Shown here piece by piece: positions 17,377 to 27,528 of a stretch of DNA of 64,000 nucleotides. The notes under the pieces were generated by a model, which worked only from the letters and a program-made list of their open reading frames with translations, was not told where the DNA came from and searched no databases. Positions within the stretch are counted from its first letter, which is position 1; every line of letters starts with the position of its first letter. Origin of the DNA: Candidatus Hydrogenedentota bacterium (GTDB lineage: Bacteria; Hydrogenedentota; Hydrogenedentia; Hydrogenedentales; JAEUWI01); NCBI GenBank assembly GCA_034669905.1, contig JAXMOL010000010.1:64001-128000 (forward strand). The letters run 5' to 3'. A program made the position numbers and the translations under genes.

Positions 17377-19479
17377 TCAGGAAGAACGCACGTACCCGCC
17401 AAAGGTGCCCCCGGACTCAGCAAGCTGCTTCAATAAGGGGGCCGGTTCCCAGAGGGCACCATGTTGCTCATGAAACGCACATACCCGTTCGTAGACCTTC
17501 GCCAGTCCCACGGTGTCGGCATACTGCATTGGGCCGCCCCGGAAAGCCGGAAAGCCATAGCCATACACGTAGATCACATCGATATCCGATGCCCGTAACG
17601 CAATCCCTTCCTCCAGGATTCGGGCTCCTTCGTTGATGAGCGCATAGATACAACGCGCCACAATTTCGTCTTCATCGATCGTACGCTGTGGTATATTATG
17701 GCGTTTCCCTTCAGAAATACAAAGGGCCTCCACTTCCGGATCGGGCGTGGCCGCACGGGTTTCCGGGTCATAGATATAAAAGCCCCGCCCCGTCTTCTGA
17801 CCATAGTGCCCTTGCTCGCAAATCTTATCCGCAATGGCACAATAGCGTTCATCGGCGGGGCGCGACGCGGCCTGCCGCTGACGAATGCGCCAGCCCACAT
17901 CCAGGCCCGCCAAATCACTCATGGCATGCGGCCCCATGGCCATGCCGAATTGGTATATGGCCGTATCCACCTGAACCGGCGTCGCACCTTCTTCCAGCAG
18001 AAACATGGATTCCCGCACATAGGGATGCACCATGCGGTTGCCCACGAAGCCATCACAGACGCCCACCAGCACGCCCACCTTACGAATCGTCTTACTCAGC
18101 GCCATCGAGGTTGCGATGACGTCCTTCGCCGTCTTGGCTCCCCGGACGATTTCCAACAGCTTCATGATGTTGGCCGGACTGAAGAAGTGGAGGCCAATCA
18201 CCTGCTCCGGGCGGGACGTGCTGGCAGCGATTTCGTCGACATCCAGGGTAGACGTGTTCGTGGCGAGAATCGCGTCGGCCTTGCATACCCGATCCAACTC
18301 CTTGAAGACAGCCTTCTTGATATCCATCTCTTCAAAAACCGCCTCGATCACCATGTCGACATCGGCCAGATCGTCGTAATTCAGCGTTGGCTGAATGAGT
18401 GCCAGGGTCGCATCCATTTTTTCTTGCGACATCCGGCCCTTCTTCACCCCACTCGCATAGTTTTTCGTAATGATCGCCATGCCACGATCCAGCCCCTCCT
18501 GGGTCGCATCCATGAGACGCACGCCGATGCCGGCGCTGGCGAAGTTCATGGCGATTCCCCCACCCATCGTGCCCGCACCAATTACGGCAGCCTGTTTAAT
18601 GGCACGTACGGGCGTGTCTTTGGGCACATCAGGAATCTTGCTGGCCGTACGCTCGGCGAAGAAAATATGGCGCTGCGCCTTGGATTGATCGGAGGCCAGC
18701 AGGGTCTCAAAAATCTCGCGTTCACGGGCCAGCCCCGTATCGATATCCGTCTGGGTTGCAATTTCCACACAATCGATGGCGCGCTGCGGAGAATTGAATC
18801 CCCGCCGCTTTTTCGCATAGGTCTTGCGCGCGGTCTCGAAGAGTGCGGCGTCAACTCCCTGTATCTTTTCCGACATATCCCGAATACGACGGGGCCCCTG
18901 CCCGCCCGCAACAAGGCCCTCGGCATAGGCTACGGCCCCCTCCAGCAGATCCCCGTCGATTATCTCATCCACCAGGCCCAACTTAAGGGCCTCCGCGGCC
19001 CCCACCGGGACGCCCGAAGCGATAATCTCTACCGCGGCCTCCGGCCCGATGAGTCGGGGCAATCGCTGGGTACCACCAGCACCTGGAACGATTCCCAAAT
19101 GCACTTCGGGCAATCCGCACCGGGCCTGGGCCACGGCGACACGATAGTGACAGCCCAACGCGGTCTCTAAGCCCCCACCCAGCGCCGTTCCGTGAATCGC
19201 CGCCACGACGGGTTTCGGGCTGGCTTCGATGGCATCGATGACTTCGTCCAGCCACGGAGCCGCAGGCGGCTTGTCAAACTCGGTAATGTCGGCCCCGGCG
19301 ATAAAGGTACGCCCCGCGCAAATCAGGACCAACGACGTTACCGTATCGTCCGACACGCCAACCTGAATCGCATCCAGGATGCCTTTTCGCACAGCGACAG
19401 AAAGGGCATTGACCGGGGGGGAATCAATGGTAATTACGCCCACGGTACCCCGCGTGTTATAGGTGACCACATTACTCAA
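17377..19479 (-). CDS. Bifunctional enoyl-CoA hydratase / 3-hydroxyacyl-CoA dehydrogenase (FadB/FadJ-like)
   Basis: FIAGADI, GGGLE, GLPEV, GAGTMGGG, EAVFE, TNTST, HFFSPAN. TTG start chosen after an AAGGAG RBS. Confidence 0.93.
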   Translation of the reverse strand: MSNVVTYNTRGTVGVITIDSPPVNALSVAVRKGILDAIQVGVSDDTVTSLVLICAGRTFIAGADITEFDKPPAAPWLDEVIDAIEASPKPVVAAIHGTALGGGLETALGCHYRVAVAQARCGLPEVHLGIVPGAGGTQRLPRLIGPEAAVEIIASGVPVGAAEALKLGLVDEIIDGDLLEGAVAYAEGLVAGGQGPRRIRDMSEKIQGVDAALFETARKTYAKKRRGFNSPQRAIDCVEIATQTDIDTGLAREREIFETLLASDQSKAQRHIFFAERTASKIPDVPKDTPVRAIKQAAVIGAGTMGGGIAMNFASAGIGVRLMDATQEGLDRGMAIITKNYASGVKKGRMSQEKMDATLALIQPTLNYDDLADVDMVIEAVFEEMDIKKAVFKELDRVCKADAILATNTSTLDVDEIAASTSRPEQVIGLHFFSPANIMKLLEIVRGAKTAKDVIATSMALSKTIRKVGVLVGVCDGFVGNRMVHPYVRESMFLLEEGATPVQVDTAIYQFGMAMGPHAMSDLAGLDVGWRIRQRQAASRPADERYCAIADKICEQGHYGQKTGRGFYIYDPETRAATPDPEVEALCISEGKRHNIPQRTIDEDEIVARCIYALINEGARILEEGIALRASDIDVIYVYGYGFPAFRGGPMQYADTVGLAKVYERVCAFHEQHGALWEPAPLLKQLAESGGTFGGYVRSS

Positions 19480-19735
19480 GACTATCTCTCCTTGTTGCTC
19501 CACTCAAACAGAACCGCATATTCCGCCAGACCCTGGGGAAAAAATACGGCACCATCACGTGTGGGTTAGCATACACCACGACTAATTTTTTCGCCAACTG
19601 CCGGTTGTTCCGTCAATAATAGGTCTGTTACGATAACGCGGAAGAGCGATGGGGATCGCTGTCTCGTGTAGTTGGGAGTACATCAAGACAGACGCCTGCG
19701 CCCGGTAGCGCAACAGGCGCCGGAAAGGAATCGCG

Positions 19736-21715
19736 TTGATACGACTCATTGAATTCGTCGCATCCGCCAAGTTCCCATCCGGATTTCTTTTCACCCTCCA
19801 AGACATGGCCTTGTGCCAACTCTGGCTGGAAGACCAGCGTCGCCGCTCCGTCGACGCCCCGGAGCTCCCCCGGGTGGCACAGTGTATCGAAGACTGGCTT
19901 CAAGGCACTACCCGTCCCGATATTAACACCGCCGGACGACGCCATCAGCACCTGCTCCGTGAATTGCTGGACACCCTGGAAGGCGGCCACGAAGCCGATT
20001 TGCTCCCCGCAGAAGTCGCCCTCCTCCGTACGGCCGATGCCCTGTGCAGCCGCATGGAGAAGCCGGAGCAGCTCGTACGATTCACAAGCCGTCTCGAAAA
20101 ACACCGTGGCCGACTCAGCGAAGTGGCCGAACGCCACGGTGACAAGACGCGTATCCACGAGCTTGAAACCCGCATCTGCTTTGCCACCCCCAACGACATT
20201 CAGCAGGCACCCGTTGAAGCGATTCGCCTCCTGGCCGGCATCGAACTCCCCTGTCGCGGACCGGTTTTCCGGGCGGACGCAAACCTCCGTATTCTTGGTG
20301 ATGTCCCCGAAGACTGTACCGTCGTCGTGGGGAACAACGGCCATTGCTCCGTCGATGGCTATGTCATGGGGCGCATCCTCACCAAAGGGTTTTGCGAAAT
20401 ACGTCACAACATCTCCGGGGTCGCGATTACCCTGGACGGTTTCATCCGTGCCCGCAGTATCATTAACAACGCCCTGGTTATTTCGAAGATGGGAAGCATC
20501 GTCTGCACCAGCGCACAGGGCCCCAAACTCGTGTTTGCGGGGCACTCCCTCGAGGTGATGGATAGCACCATGCTTGGCAGATTTGTCACCCGCACCATGA
20601 CCGTAGCCGGCGAAATGCGCGGTAGCCATCTGGAAGTATCGGGGTGCGCAACGGCCACCCGCTTTCGCTCCCTGGGCACCAGCGCCATGAACATCGTCCT
20701 GCGGCGGGAGCTTTCCTGTGAGGACTTCGGGGAAGTAACCGGTGACGATCTCAAGCGCCTCCTCTCGGCCGCCTACGCCCTGCGCCGCAATGCCCACAAC
20801 TTCAAGAATCTGGCGGTAGCCGCACAGCGGGAAGGGGAACATACCGCCCAGTCTATCCTCATGTATATCTTCGGCGGCGGCGAAGTTCAGAAACGGCTCC
20901 AGGGTTTTCTCCAGGCCCAACGCCGCCACACCCTGATCGGTAACGTGGTCGACAACCTGAAGCGCATTCTCGAAGAGGCGCAAGATGGGCTGGTGGACGA
21001 TACGCCCGCGGCACCCGGTGCCTTGCCCACCCTCGATCTGGATGAGGAGGAGGCACCCGATGAAACCATCGTCGATGCCCGCGCAGAAACGAAGCAACTG
21101 GAGGCCTCGATTCGAGCCGGCGATCTCAACCGAACCCAGCGCACCCTCCTCATGGAAGAGGCACGAACGAAGCTGTCGGCCATGATGACACTTCAGACCG
21201 AGGCCGAGGAAAAGATGCGGGAAGAGGAACGGGGCATTCAGCAGCTCGAAAAATATGAACAGGTCCTTGCCGGAGGGGGCGAAGGCGCCACGAAACTGGA
21301 TGTCTTGAATCGCATTATCCCCGCCATGAAAAAACAGCCCGCAGACAGTGTCATGGGGCGACGTCTCCGTTCCGGCTTTGTCATCCGTGCCCTCCGAAAC
21401 GTAGACCGCTCTGTGCGCCATGGAAAGGAATTTGGCGACAGCGCCGCCAAGTACCTGACGGACTTTCGCGCGGTTTCCGAGCGGCTGGGAAAAGACTATC
21501 AGATCCAGGTGCTCGAAAATCCGGAAAGCGAGGAGGAATGTGCTTCCGTAACCGGTATCTTTGAAGCCGATACGCGCATCTATATGGACGTCTTCATCCC
21601 GAACATTGCAGATGCCTCACCGGAAACCCTGATCACCACCCCGGAGGACAACGGGGTGCGTACCTATCGACGCCCCCAGACCGGCGGCGGATTCCATCGG
21701 GCACACGCGGACTGA
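19736..21715 (+). CDS. Hypothetical protein with a FapA/DUF342-like beta-solenoid and coiled coil
   Basis: AAAGGAA RBS before TTG; repeated short V/I/G beta motifs, then a long helical region. The family call is tentative. Confidence 0.55.
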   Translation: MIRLIEFVASAKFPSGFLFTLQDMALCQLWLEDQRRRSVDAPELPRVAQCIEDWLQGTTRPDINTAGRRHQHLLRELLDTLEGGHEADLLPAEVALLRTADALCSRMEKPEQLVRFTSRLEKHRGRLSEVAERHGDKTRIHELETRICFATPNDIQQAPVEAIRLLAGIELPCRGPVFRADANLRILGDVPEDCTVVVGNNGHCSVDGYVMGRILTKGFCEIRHNISGVAITLDGFIRARSIINNALVISKMGSIVCTSAQGPKLVFAGHSLEVMDSTMLGRFVTRTMTVAGEMRGSHLEVSGCATATRFRSLGTSAMNIVLRRELSCEDFGEVTGDDLKRLLSAAYALRRNAHNFKNLAVAAQREGEHTAQSILMYIFGGGEVQKRLQGFLQAQRRHTLIGNVVDNLKRILEEAQDGLVDDTPAAPGALPTLDLDEEEAPDETIVDARAETKQLEASIRAGDLNRTQRTLLMEEARTKLSAMMTLQTEAEEKMREEERGIQQLEKYEQVLAGGGEGATKLDVLNRIIPAMKKQPADSVMGRRLRSGFVIRALRNVDRSVRHGKEFGDSAAKYLTDFRAVSERLGKDYQIQVLENPESEEECASVTGIFEADTRIYMDVFIPNIADASPETLITTPEDNGVRTYRRPQTGGGFHRAHAD

Positions 21716-24034
21716 TCAGCCGAGCTTGCAAACCCGCACGCCCATAAAGTCGGCCTTTGTATCGGGCTGGGCATACCAACCCCGATAGGCACTGCGACAT
21801 TCGGGCGTAATAATGCACCAACTCCCCCCCCGGGTCATCCGCTCCGCCACCGTCTCATCCAGCCATGCTTGCCCCTGATCCGGGGCGCCGACGTAGTCAT
21901 TGTGCCGGTGGTCTTCACACCATTCGCAGACGTTTCCATGCATGTCATGGAGCCCCCATGCGTTGGGTTTCTTTTCACCCACCGGGTGGGTTCGCCCTTC
22001 CGCGAATTCCTGGCTCCACGCATACGAATCCAACTGGGACTCATCATTGCCGAAACACCAATCGCCGGTACTACCCGCACGGCACGCGTATTCCCATTCC
22101 GCCTCCGAAGGCAGACGAAACATGCCTTCTCCCAGGGCGGTCAATCGCTTCACCAGCGCCTGGCAATCTTCCCAGCTGACGTTCTCCACGGGTAGATTGG
22201 GATCCCCCTGAAAACCCGATGGATTGTTCCCCATGAATTTTTCCCACTGCCACTGGGTAATCGGATACTTGCCCATCCAGAATCCATGCCGAATGGCCAC
22301 CTCGTGCCGGGGCTCTTCCTCCACCGCCCCATCGTCACTGCCCATGTAAAAGTGGCCCGGTGGCACCCAGACCAATTCAATACCCGCCACCTCGATGGGA
22401 TCCCGGGCCTCCTGCTCACTGTTGATACGCTTGCGTTCCTGCGCCTTCGGGATCGCTTCCGTATAGTGGGCGACGGCCCGCTCATAGCAATCGCGCGCAC
22501 CATCAAAGTCTGGAATAAGTGCCCGACCTTCCTCGGTGAGCTCCTTGACCCGTCGGGTCTCCATTTCCATGAACGGAAGCAGGCCCTCGGCATCCAATCG
22601 CTGCTGAATCGTCTCCAATTTGTTGCGCACCGCCACCAACACCGACTCGCCGTGGGTCATGGCCACCTTCAGGGCTTCCACGTAGAGCAGGGTGGCCCGT
22701 TGATAAGACTGCGTCGCCTTGATGACCCCGGAGGTTCCCCGGGCCACTTGCTCTTCCGCAGCCGCACGGGCAAACAACTCTGGCGCCAGCTCCTGAGCCC
22801 GGGCGGTCTCTGTCCGTTTGCGAACTTCCTCCATCTTACTGCGGGCATGTCGCAGGGCCAGCATTTTTTCCATGATCACTTTGGCCCGTTCAATGGCCTG
22901 ACCAAGCTTCTCCGCCGACGCCTCAAAAGATTGTTTCGCGCCGCCGTATTGCTTGAGCTGCTCGTAGGCCTCGCCATTGCGAAACAGCTCCACACCTTCC
23001 GTCAGTTGGGAATGGGCGAGCTTGTCGCACCCATTGTGCTTTGCATCTTCGGCCAGTTGAAACGCCTTCAACTTGACCAGGCGCATCTCATCACGCGTTA
23101 CGTCGTCTTCAACGACGGCGGACTTTGACACGACCACCTGGGGCGCGAGACAGGCCTCCAAGGCACCCACCATTTCGGCCGCGGACTGAAAGCGCTCTTC
23201 CGGGCGCGCCGCCAGGGATTTCTCCACCAGGGCCGCCACCGCCTCGGGCAATTCCCGGCGCTGGCGAATAGGGGTGTAGTTTCGATTCTTGATTGCTGCC
23301 ATCACCGATGCCGCATCCTGCCCCATGAAGGGCAAGCTACCCGTCAGCAATTCGTAAAGTGTCACGCCCAGCGAAAACACATCGGAGCGGGCATCACCGC
23401 CGGCCCCGTTGATGACTTCGGGCGCCATATAGCCGGGCGTGCCCCCAGGCGCGTCGTTGCTGTTTTCGGCCGTTGGATCGAAAAGGCGGGCTACCCCGAA
23501 GTCGGCCAGTTTGGCACTGCCGCCCTCGATCTCAAGCAGGATGTTGGCGGGCTTGATATCCCGGTGAATGATGTGGTGCTTGTGCGCATAGACCAGCCCC
23601 TCGGCGCTCTCTTTGGCAATACGCAACGCCATGGGTACGGGCAATCCCTTGGGGTGTACCCGCAGCAGCATTCCGGCGTGGGAGCCCACGAACTCCAGGA
23701 CAAAGTACTTTCGGCCCTGGTATTCGCTGAACTCGAAGATGGTGACGATGGCGGGATGCTTGCCCAGCGCTGCGACGGCTTTGGCCTCCTGAAGAAACAT
23801 GGCCTCGTGAGAAGAATCCAGGAACTGGTGCAAGAACTTGATTGCCACATAGCGACCCAGCGTGACGTCCCGGGCCTTATAAACCGCACCGTAAGCCCCC
23901 TTGCCGAGGACAAAGCTGACCTCGTAGTTTCCGAGGCGCGTGCCGAGTAAGGGATCGACCAAGGGGTCGGGACGTGCTTCCGGTGGGGGCGTGACGTCGT
24001 CTAATAGACTGTGACGAACGTTCGAATCCACCAT
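21716..24034 (-). CDS. Ser/Thr protein kinase fused to a formylglycine-generating-enzyme (SUMF1)-like domain
   Basis: GKGAYG, VAIK, HRDIKPAN, DFG, YMAPE; FGE motifs FRLPSEAEWEYACRAG, NAWGLHDMHGNVCEW, RGGSW. Confidence 0.92.
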   Translation of the reverse strand: MVDSNVRHSLLDDVTPPPEARPDPLVDPLLGTRLGNYEVSFVLGKGAYGAVYKARDVTLGRYVAIKFLHQFLDSSHEAMFLQEAKAVAALGKHPAIVTIFEFSEYQGRKYFVLEFVGSHAGMLLRVHPKGLPVPMALRIAKESAEGLVYAHKHHIIHRDIKPANILLEIEGGSAKLADFGVARLFDPTAENSNDAPGGTPGYMAPEVINGAGGDARSDVFSLGVTLYELLTGSLPFMGQDAASVMAAIKNRNYTPIRQRRELPEAVAALVEKSLAARPEERFQSAAEMVGALEACLAPQVVVSKSAVVEDDVTRDEMRLVKLKAFQLAEDAKHNGCDKLAHSQLTEGVELFRNGEAYEQLKQYGGAKQSFEASAEKLGQAIERAKVIMEKMLALRHARSKMEEVRKRTETARAQELAPELFARAAAEEQVARGTSGVIKATQSYQRATLLYVEALKVAMTHGESVLVAVRNKLETIQQRLDAEGLLPFMEMETRRVKELTEEGRALIPDFDGARDCYERAVAHYTEAIPKAQERKRINSEQEARDPIEVAGIELVWVPPGHFYMGSDDGAVEEEPRHEVAIRHGFWMGKYPITQWQWEKFMGNNPSGFQGDPNLPVENVSWEDCQALVKRLTALGEGMFRLPSEAEWEYACRAGSTGDWCFGNDESQLDSYAWSQEFAEGRTHPVGEKKPNAWGLHDMHGNVCEWCEDHRHNDYVGAPDQGQAWLDETVAERMTRGGSWCIITPECRSAYRGWYAQPDTKADFMGVRVCKLG

Positions 24035-24221
24035 TCTTCCACCCTATACCCTGTTTCACGCCCAAAAACCACCACACCACCGGCAGCACGACCTGCCGGA
24101 ATCCCATGATAGCGCAGAATTCAAGGTAAAGACCACTGTTTAGACCCGCACCGCATGGCATCGGCCCGATTCCTTTACGTATACTCGACCAACCCCGATT
24201 GATCGTAGAGGAGAAGCCACA

Positions 24222-25883
24222 ATGGCCCCGCGGACACCTGTAAATCACCCCCGGCAGAGACAATCGCACTGCAGCCCATGGTGCTTCCTGATACGCGTCT
24301 TGCTGGTCATGCTCGTCTCAGGCACTGCGATCGCCACGGTGCCCGTGACGCCCCAGGACTTCGGCGCCGTCGCCGACGGCGAAACCGATGATACGGCCGC
24401 CATTCAGGCCGCAGTCGACCATGCCGTGGCCGGAACGGGGCGTGTACTTCACTTCCCACCCGGGACCTATCGGGTGAAATCGGTGGATATTCAAGCGGGC
24501 CTTACCCTCATGGGCTACGGAGCCACCATTAAAAAGATGCCGGCAGAACCCAAATTCAGCCGCACCTTCACGACGGAAAATCGAAAGCATCTCGGGGCGC
24601 ACGATTCGGAACCCCTCATTATCAAAGGCTTCACCTTCGACGGCAGCCGCACGGAGCAAGGCACCTACGAAGACTACTGCCTGGAACAACAACACATGAT
24701 TTTCCTGCAAGGCGACCCGGCCGGTCCCGGGCGTCTGACGGCGGTCATTGAAGACTGCACCTTTCGCGATGGCGTTGCCGATGCCATCTCGGTATACACC
24801 AACGTGGCGGCGAGCATCAGCAACGGTCGGGCGACCGATGTCTTTCGGGGCGGCGTCGTCGTCACCGGTGGACATTCCGAAGTTCACCTCAGCAATTTCA
24901 CGGCCCAGGGGGCGGTTCATCCCACCGGAATCGACGTGGAAGTGGACGGCGCTGGGTACAACGGCTCATTTGAAACCCATATTACGGCCACCAATCTGCG
25001 GCTCGATGGAGATTTCGATGTGGGCATTCATGATGGAAGCACCTTCCATGGCAGCAATATCCACAGTATGGCCGGCCCCTTCAATCTTTACGCACGGGAT
25101 GCGACCATCCGCATCATGAACTCCACGTTTGGCGTCGGGCCCTTTAGCGATTCCAGCAACCGTATCGTCCACCCCCACGACGTATCCTTTTCCCACTGCA
25201 CCTTTATCGCACACCCATCCGGAAGCACGACGCCGGTAGAGCGGATCGCCACCGCCCATGTCTATTGGAATATTTCAGGCACCGACGAACGGGACCAGCG
25301 ACTTCGGTTCATCGACTGTGACTTTCTGTTGCACGATACACTGACGCCGGAATCGACACGCTACGCGATTTACGTGGAGGCCGACCAGCAGTCTCGGAAT
25401 AACCAGCTCCTTCTTCAAGGCGGCCGAATCGCTCCGGGTTACAATTATGGGGTCTACGTGAACCAGGGCGGCAACGCCACACTGCGCGATGTGGTTCTCG
25501 ATGCCCATACCGGCGCGCACCTCGGCGCTACCGCCGACTATCCCCTCCATATCGTGCTGGATGGCGCCCGCTACGGTGAAAATACCACCACGACCACCCA
25601 TATCAATGCGGCAATACCTGCTTCCCGTATTGAACATCAGAATATCCACTTGCCCGCCCGCCAGAATCGAATCGGAACGACCTATGGATTGGTGGGCAAT
25701 ACCTATGTTGGGAGTCGCACCCTCACCGGGCAGACGCCGCCCCACGACACCCCGGGCCTCCAGGGCGACACCTACCAACTCGAATCGGCGCGACCGGGCC
25801 AGCCCTATCGATGGATCTGTGTCGAATCCCACCCCAACGCGGCAACCTGGGCCCCGGTGGAGCAGCTTCGCTCCGCGAAATAG
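24222..25883 (+). CDS. Secreted right-handed beta-helix protein (pectate lyase 3 / GH28-like N-terminus)
   Basis: DFGAVADGETDDTAAIQAA and FPPGTYRV after a hydrophobic signal. Start uncertain. Confidence 0.75.
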   Translation: MAPRTPVNHPRQRQSHCSPWCFLIRVLLVMLVSGTAIATVPVTPQDFGAVADGETDDTAAIQAAVDHAVAGTGRVLHFPPGTYRVKSVDIQAGLTLMGYGATIKKMPAEPKFSRTFTTENRKHLGAHDSEPLIIKGFTFDGSRTEQGTYEDYCLEQQHMIFLQGDPAGPGRLTAVIEDCTFRDGVADAISVYTNVAASISNGRATDVFRGGVVVTGGHSEVHLSNFTAQGAVHPTGIDVEVDGAGYNGSFETHITATNLRLDGDFDVGIHDGSTFHGSNIHSMAGPFNLYARDATIRIMNSTFGVGPFSDSSNRIVHPHDVSFSHCTFIAHPSGSTTPVERIATAHVYWNISGTDERDQRLRFIDCDFLLHDTLTPESTRYAIYVEADQQSRNNQLLLQGGRIAPGYNYGVYVNQGGNATLRDVVLDAHTGAHLGATADYPLHIVLDGARYGENTTTTTHINAAIPASRIEHQNIHLPARQNRIGTTYGLVGNTYVGSRTLTGQTPPHDTPGLQGDTYQLESARPGQPYRWICVESHPNAATWAPVEQLRSAK

Positions 25884-25919
25884 GCCACAACGCGGACGTG
25901 GCGTATGATTCGGTCAAAC

Positions 25920-25928
25920 TGCTATAAT
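25920..25928 (+). promoter_or_regulatory. Extended -10 promoter of serC
   Basis: TGCTATAAT (TGnTATAAT), 120 nt upstream of the start. Confidence 0.55.
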
Positions 25929-26047
25929 CCACGCTCTTTCTGTCCCCATATTTTCCGGTTTCCCGCCCGCCTGACGTGCCACAGTGTGCATATCCTGGTG
26001 TCACGGTGTGAACCGGATGGCACACCAATTCTGTAGGAGATCAATTC

Positions 26048-27136
26048 GTGGAAGAACGCGTACACAATTTCTCGGCGGGCCCCGCAGCCATGCCCCTGAC
26101 CGTCCTCAAGCGGGTACAAGACGAGTTGCTTTGCCTGCCCGGTGCCGGGGCCTCCGTCATGGAAATCAGCCACCGTTCCAAGGCCTTCGCCGACGTGCTC
26201 GCGGGTGCCAAAGACAATATTTCAACCTTGCTTAATTTGCCGGACAACTACAAGATCCTCTTCCTTCAGGGCGGGGCGTCCTTGCAGTTCACCATGATCG
26301 CCATGAACCTCCTCAAGGGGGGCACGGCAGACTATCTGAACGTGGGCTCCTGGGCGAAGAAAGCCATTGCCGAAGGCAAGAAGCATGGCACGGTCAACAT
26401 CGCCTGGGACGGCAGTGCGGACAACTTCAACCGCATGCCCACGAGCGATGAACTCCAGCTCACCCCGGGTGCCGCCTATGTCCACTCCACGGCCAATGAA
26501 ACCATCCAGGGTATCGAGTTCTTCAACGAACCCGAAACCGGCGATGTGCCGTTGATTTGTGACTTCTCGTCGAGCTTCCTGAGCCGCCCCATCGACGTAT
26601 CCAAGTACGGCCTGATCTACGCGGGTGCCCAGAAAAACATCGGCCCTTCCGGTGTGGCCGCCGTCATCATTCGTGACGACCTCGTGGAAAAGTGCGCGGA
26701 AGGCCTGCCCTCCATGCTCGATTACCGCGTCATGGTGGAGAATGACTCCCTGTACAACACGCCCCCGGCCTTTGGCATCTACATGATCAACAAGGTGACG
26801 GAATACCTGCGGAACGACATCGGCGGCCTCGAGAAGATGGAAGCCATCAACCGCAAGAAGGCGGAGACCCTCTACAACGCCATCGACGAGAGCGGCGGCT
26901 ACTATGTGGGCCACGCGGTGAAAGAAAACCGCTCTCTCATGAACGTCACCTTCGTGCTCAAAGACAGCGCTCTGGAAGGCAAGTTCGTGGAAGAGGCCAC
27001 CGCCGCCAAGCTGGACGGCCTCAAGGGACACCGCTCCGTAGGCGGCTTCCGCGCCTCCATCTACAATGCCATCACGCAAGACAGCGTCGATGCCCTGGTC
27101 GCCTTCATGAAAGACTTCCAGCAAAATAACGGATAA
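26048..27136 (+). CDS. serC: Phosphoserine aminotransferase
   Basis: NFSAGPA, EISHRS, GAQKNIG (PLP lysine), YNTPP, GHRSVGGFRASIYNA; AGGAG RBS before GTG. Confidence 0.97.
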   Translation: MEERVHNFSAGPAAMPLTVLKRVQDELLCLPGAGASVMEISHRSKAFADVLAGAKDNISTLLNLPDNYKILFLQGGASLQFTMIAMNLLKGGTADYLNVGSWAKKAIAEGKKHGTVNIAWDGSADNFNRMPTSDELQLTPGAAYVHSTANETIQGIEFFNEPETGDVPLICDFSSSFLSRPIDVSKYGLIYAGAQKNIGPSGVAAVIIRDDLVEKCAEGLPSMLDYRVMVENDSLYNTPPAFGIYMINKVTEYLRNDIGGLEKMEAINRKKAETLYNAIDESGGYYVGHAVKENRSLMNVTFVLKDSALEGKFVEEATAAKLDGLKGHRSVGGFRASIYNAITQDSVDALVAFMKDFQQNNG

Positions 27137-27149
27137 TAGTTCAGCTTCC

Positions 27150-27174
27150 CCCGCGCGGTTTCTGGCCGCGCGGG
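27150..27174 (+). terminator. GC hairpin after serC
   Basis: CCCGCGCGG-N7-CCGCGCGGG with a weak U-tract. Confidence 0.45.
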
Positions 27175-27220
27175 AGATGTCTCTTCCAGGCAAGCAATCT
27201 TTCTCGCACCAACAATATCT

Positions 27221-27424
27221 GTAAGGGTGCCACCCTTACGCGGAGGAGCGAAGCGGGGGAGCTTACGGGTGTGGGTCGACCGTTTAGGCCCAACTCGGCA
27301 CACGTGCTTCAATGGCTGTGAAAACGCGTGCTGCAGATCGGTTGATGAATCCCAAAAGCTATCGCAGGCCTGCACCCGTAAGCTACGCCGGGAACCGGCT
27401 ACGCGTAAGGGTGGCACCCTCCAC
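27221..27424. repeat. Inverted pair of REP-like elements
   Basis: 27221-27271 and 27373-27424 share blocks CACCCGTAAGCT and CGCGTAAGGGTGGCACCCT in inverted orientation; the first has a GTAAGGGT-GCC-ACCCTTAC hairpin. Confidence 0.85.
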
Positions 27425-27528
27425 GCTCCTGCGGCTGACGTAGGAGCCACCGCAAGCCGAGTTCGGACCGTACGCAGTTTAAAATACCAGGATTCCGCCC
27501 TGAATCCACAACCCAAAAGGAGCTTCCC

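Noticed and set aside
17698..19170. 490-aa plus-strand ORF
   Set aside because: Antisense shadow of the fatty-acid oxidation gene with no recognisable motifs, typical of GC-rich DNA.
19649..19735. In-frame upstream ATG and TAG suggesting read-through into the 19736 gene
   Set aside because: A good RBS precedes TTG 19736, and there is no recoding signal or pyrrolysine machinery in view.
19628..21421. 597-aa minus-strand ORF
   Set aside because: Antisense to the RBS-bearing 19736-21715 gene and has no motifs.
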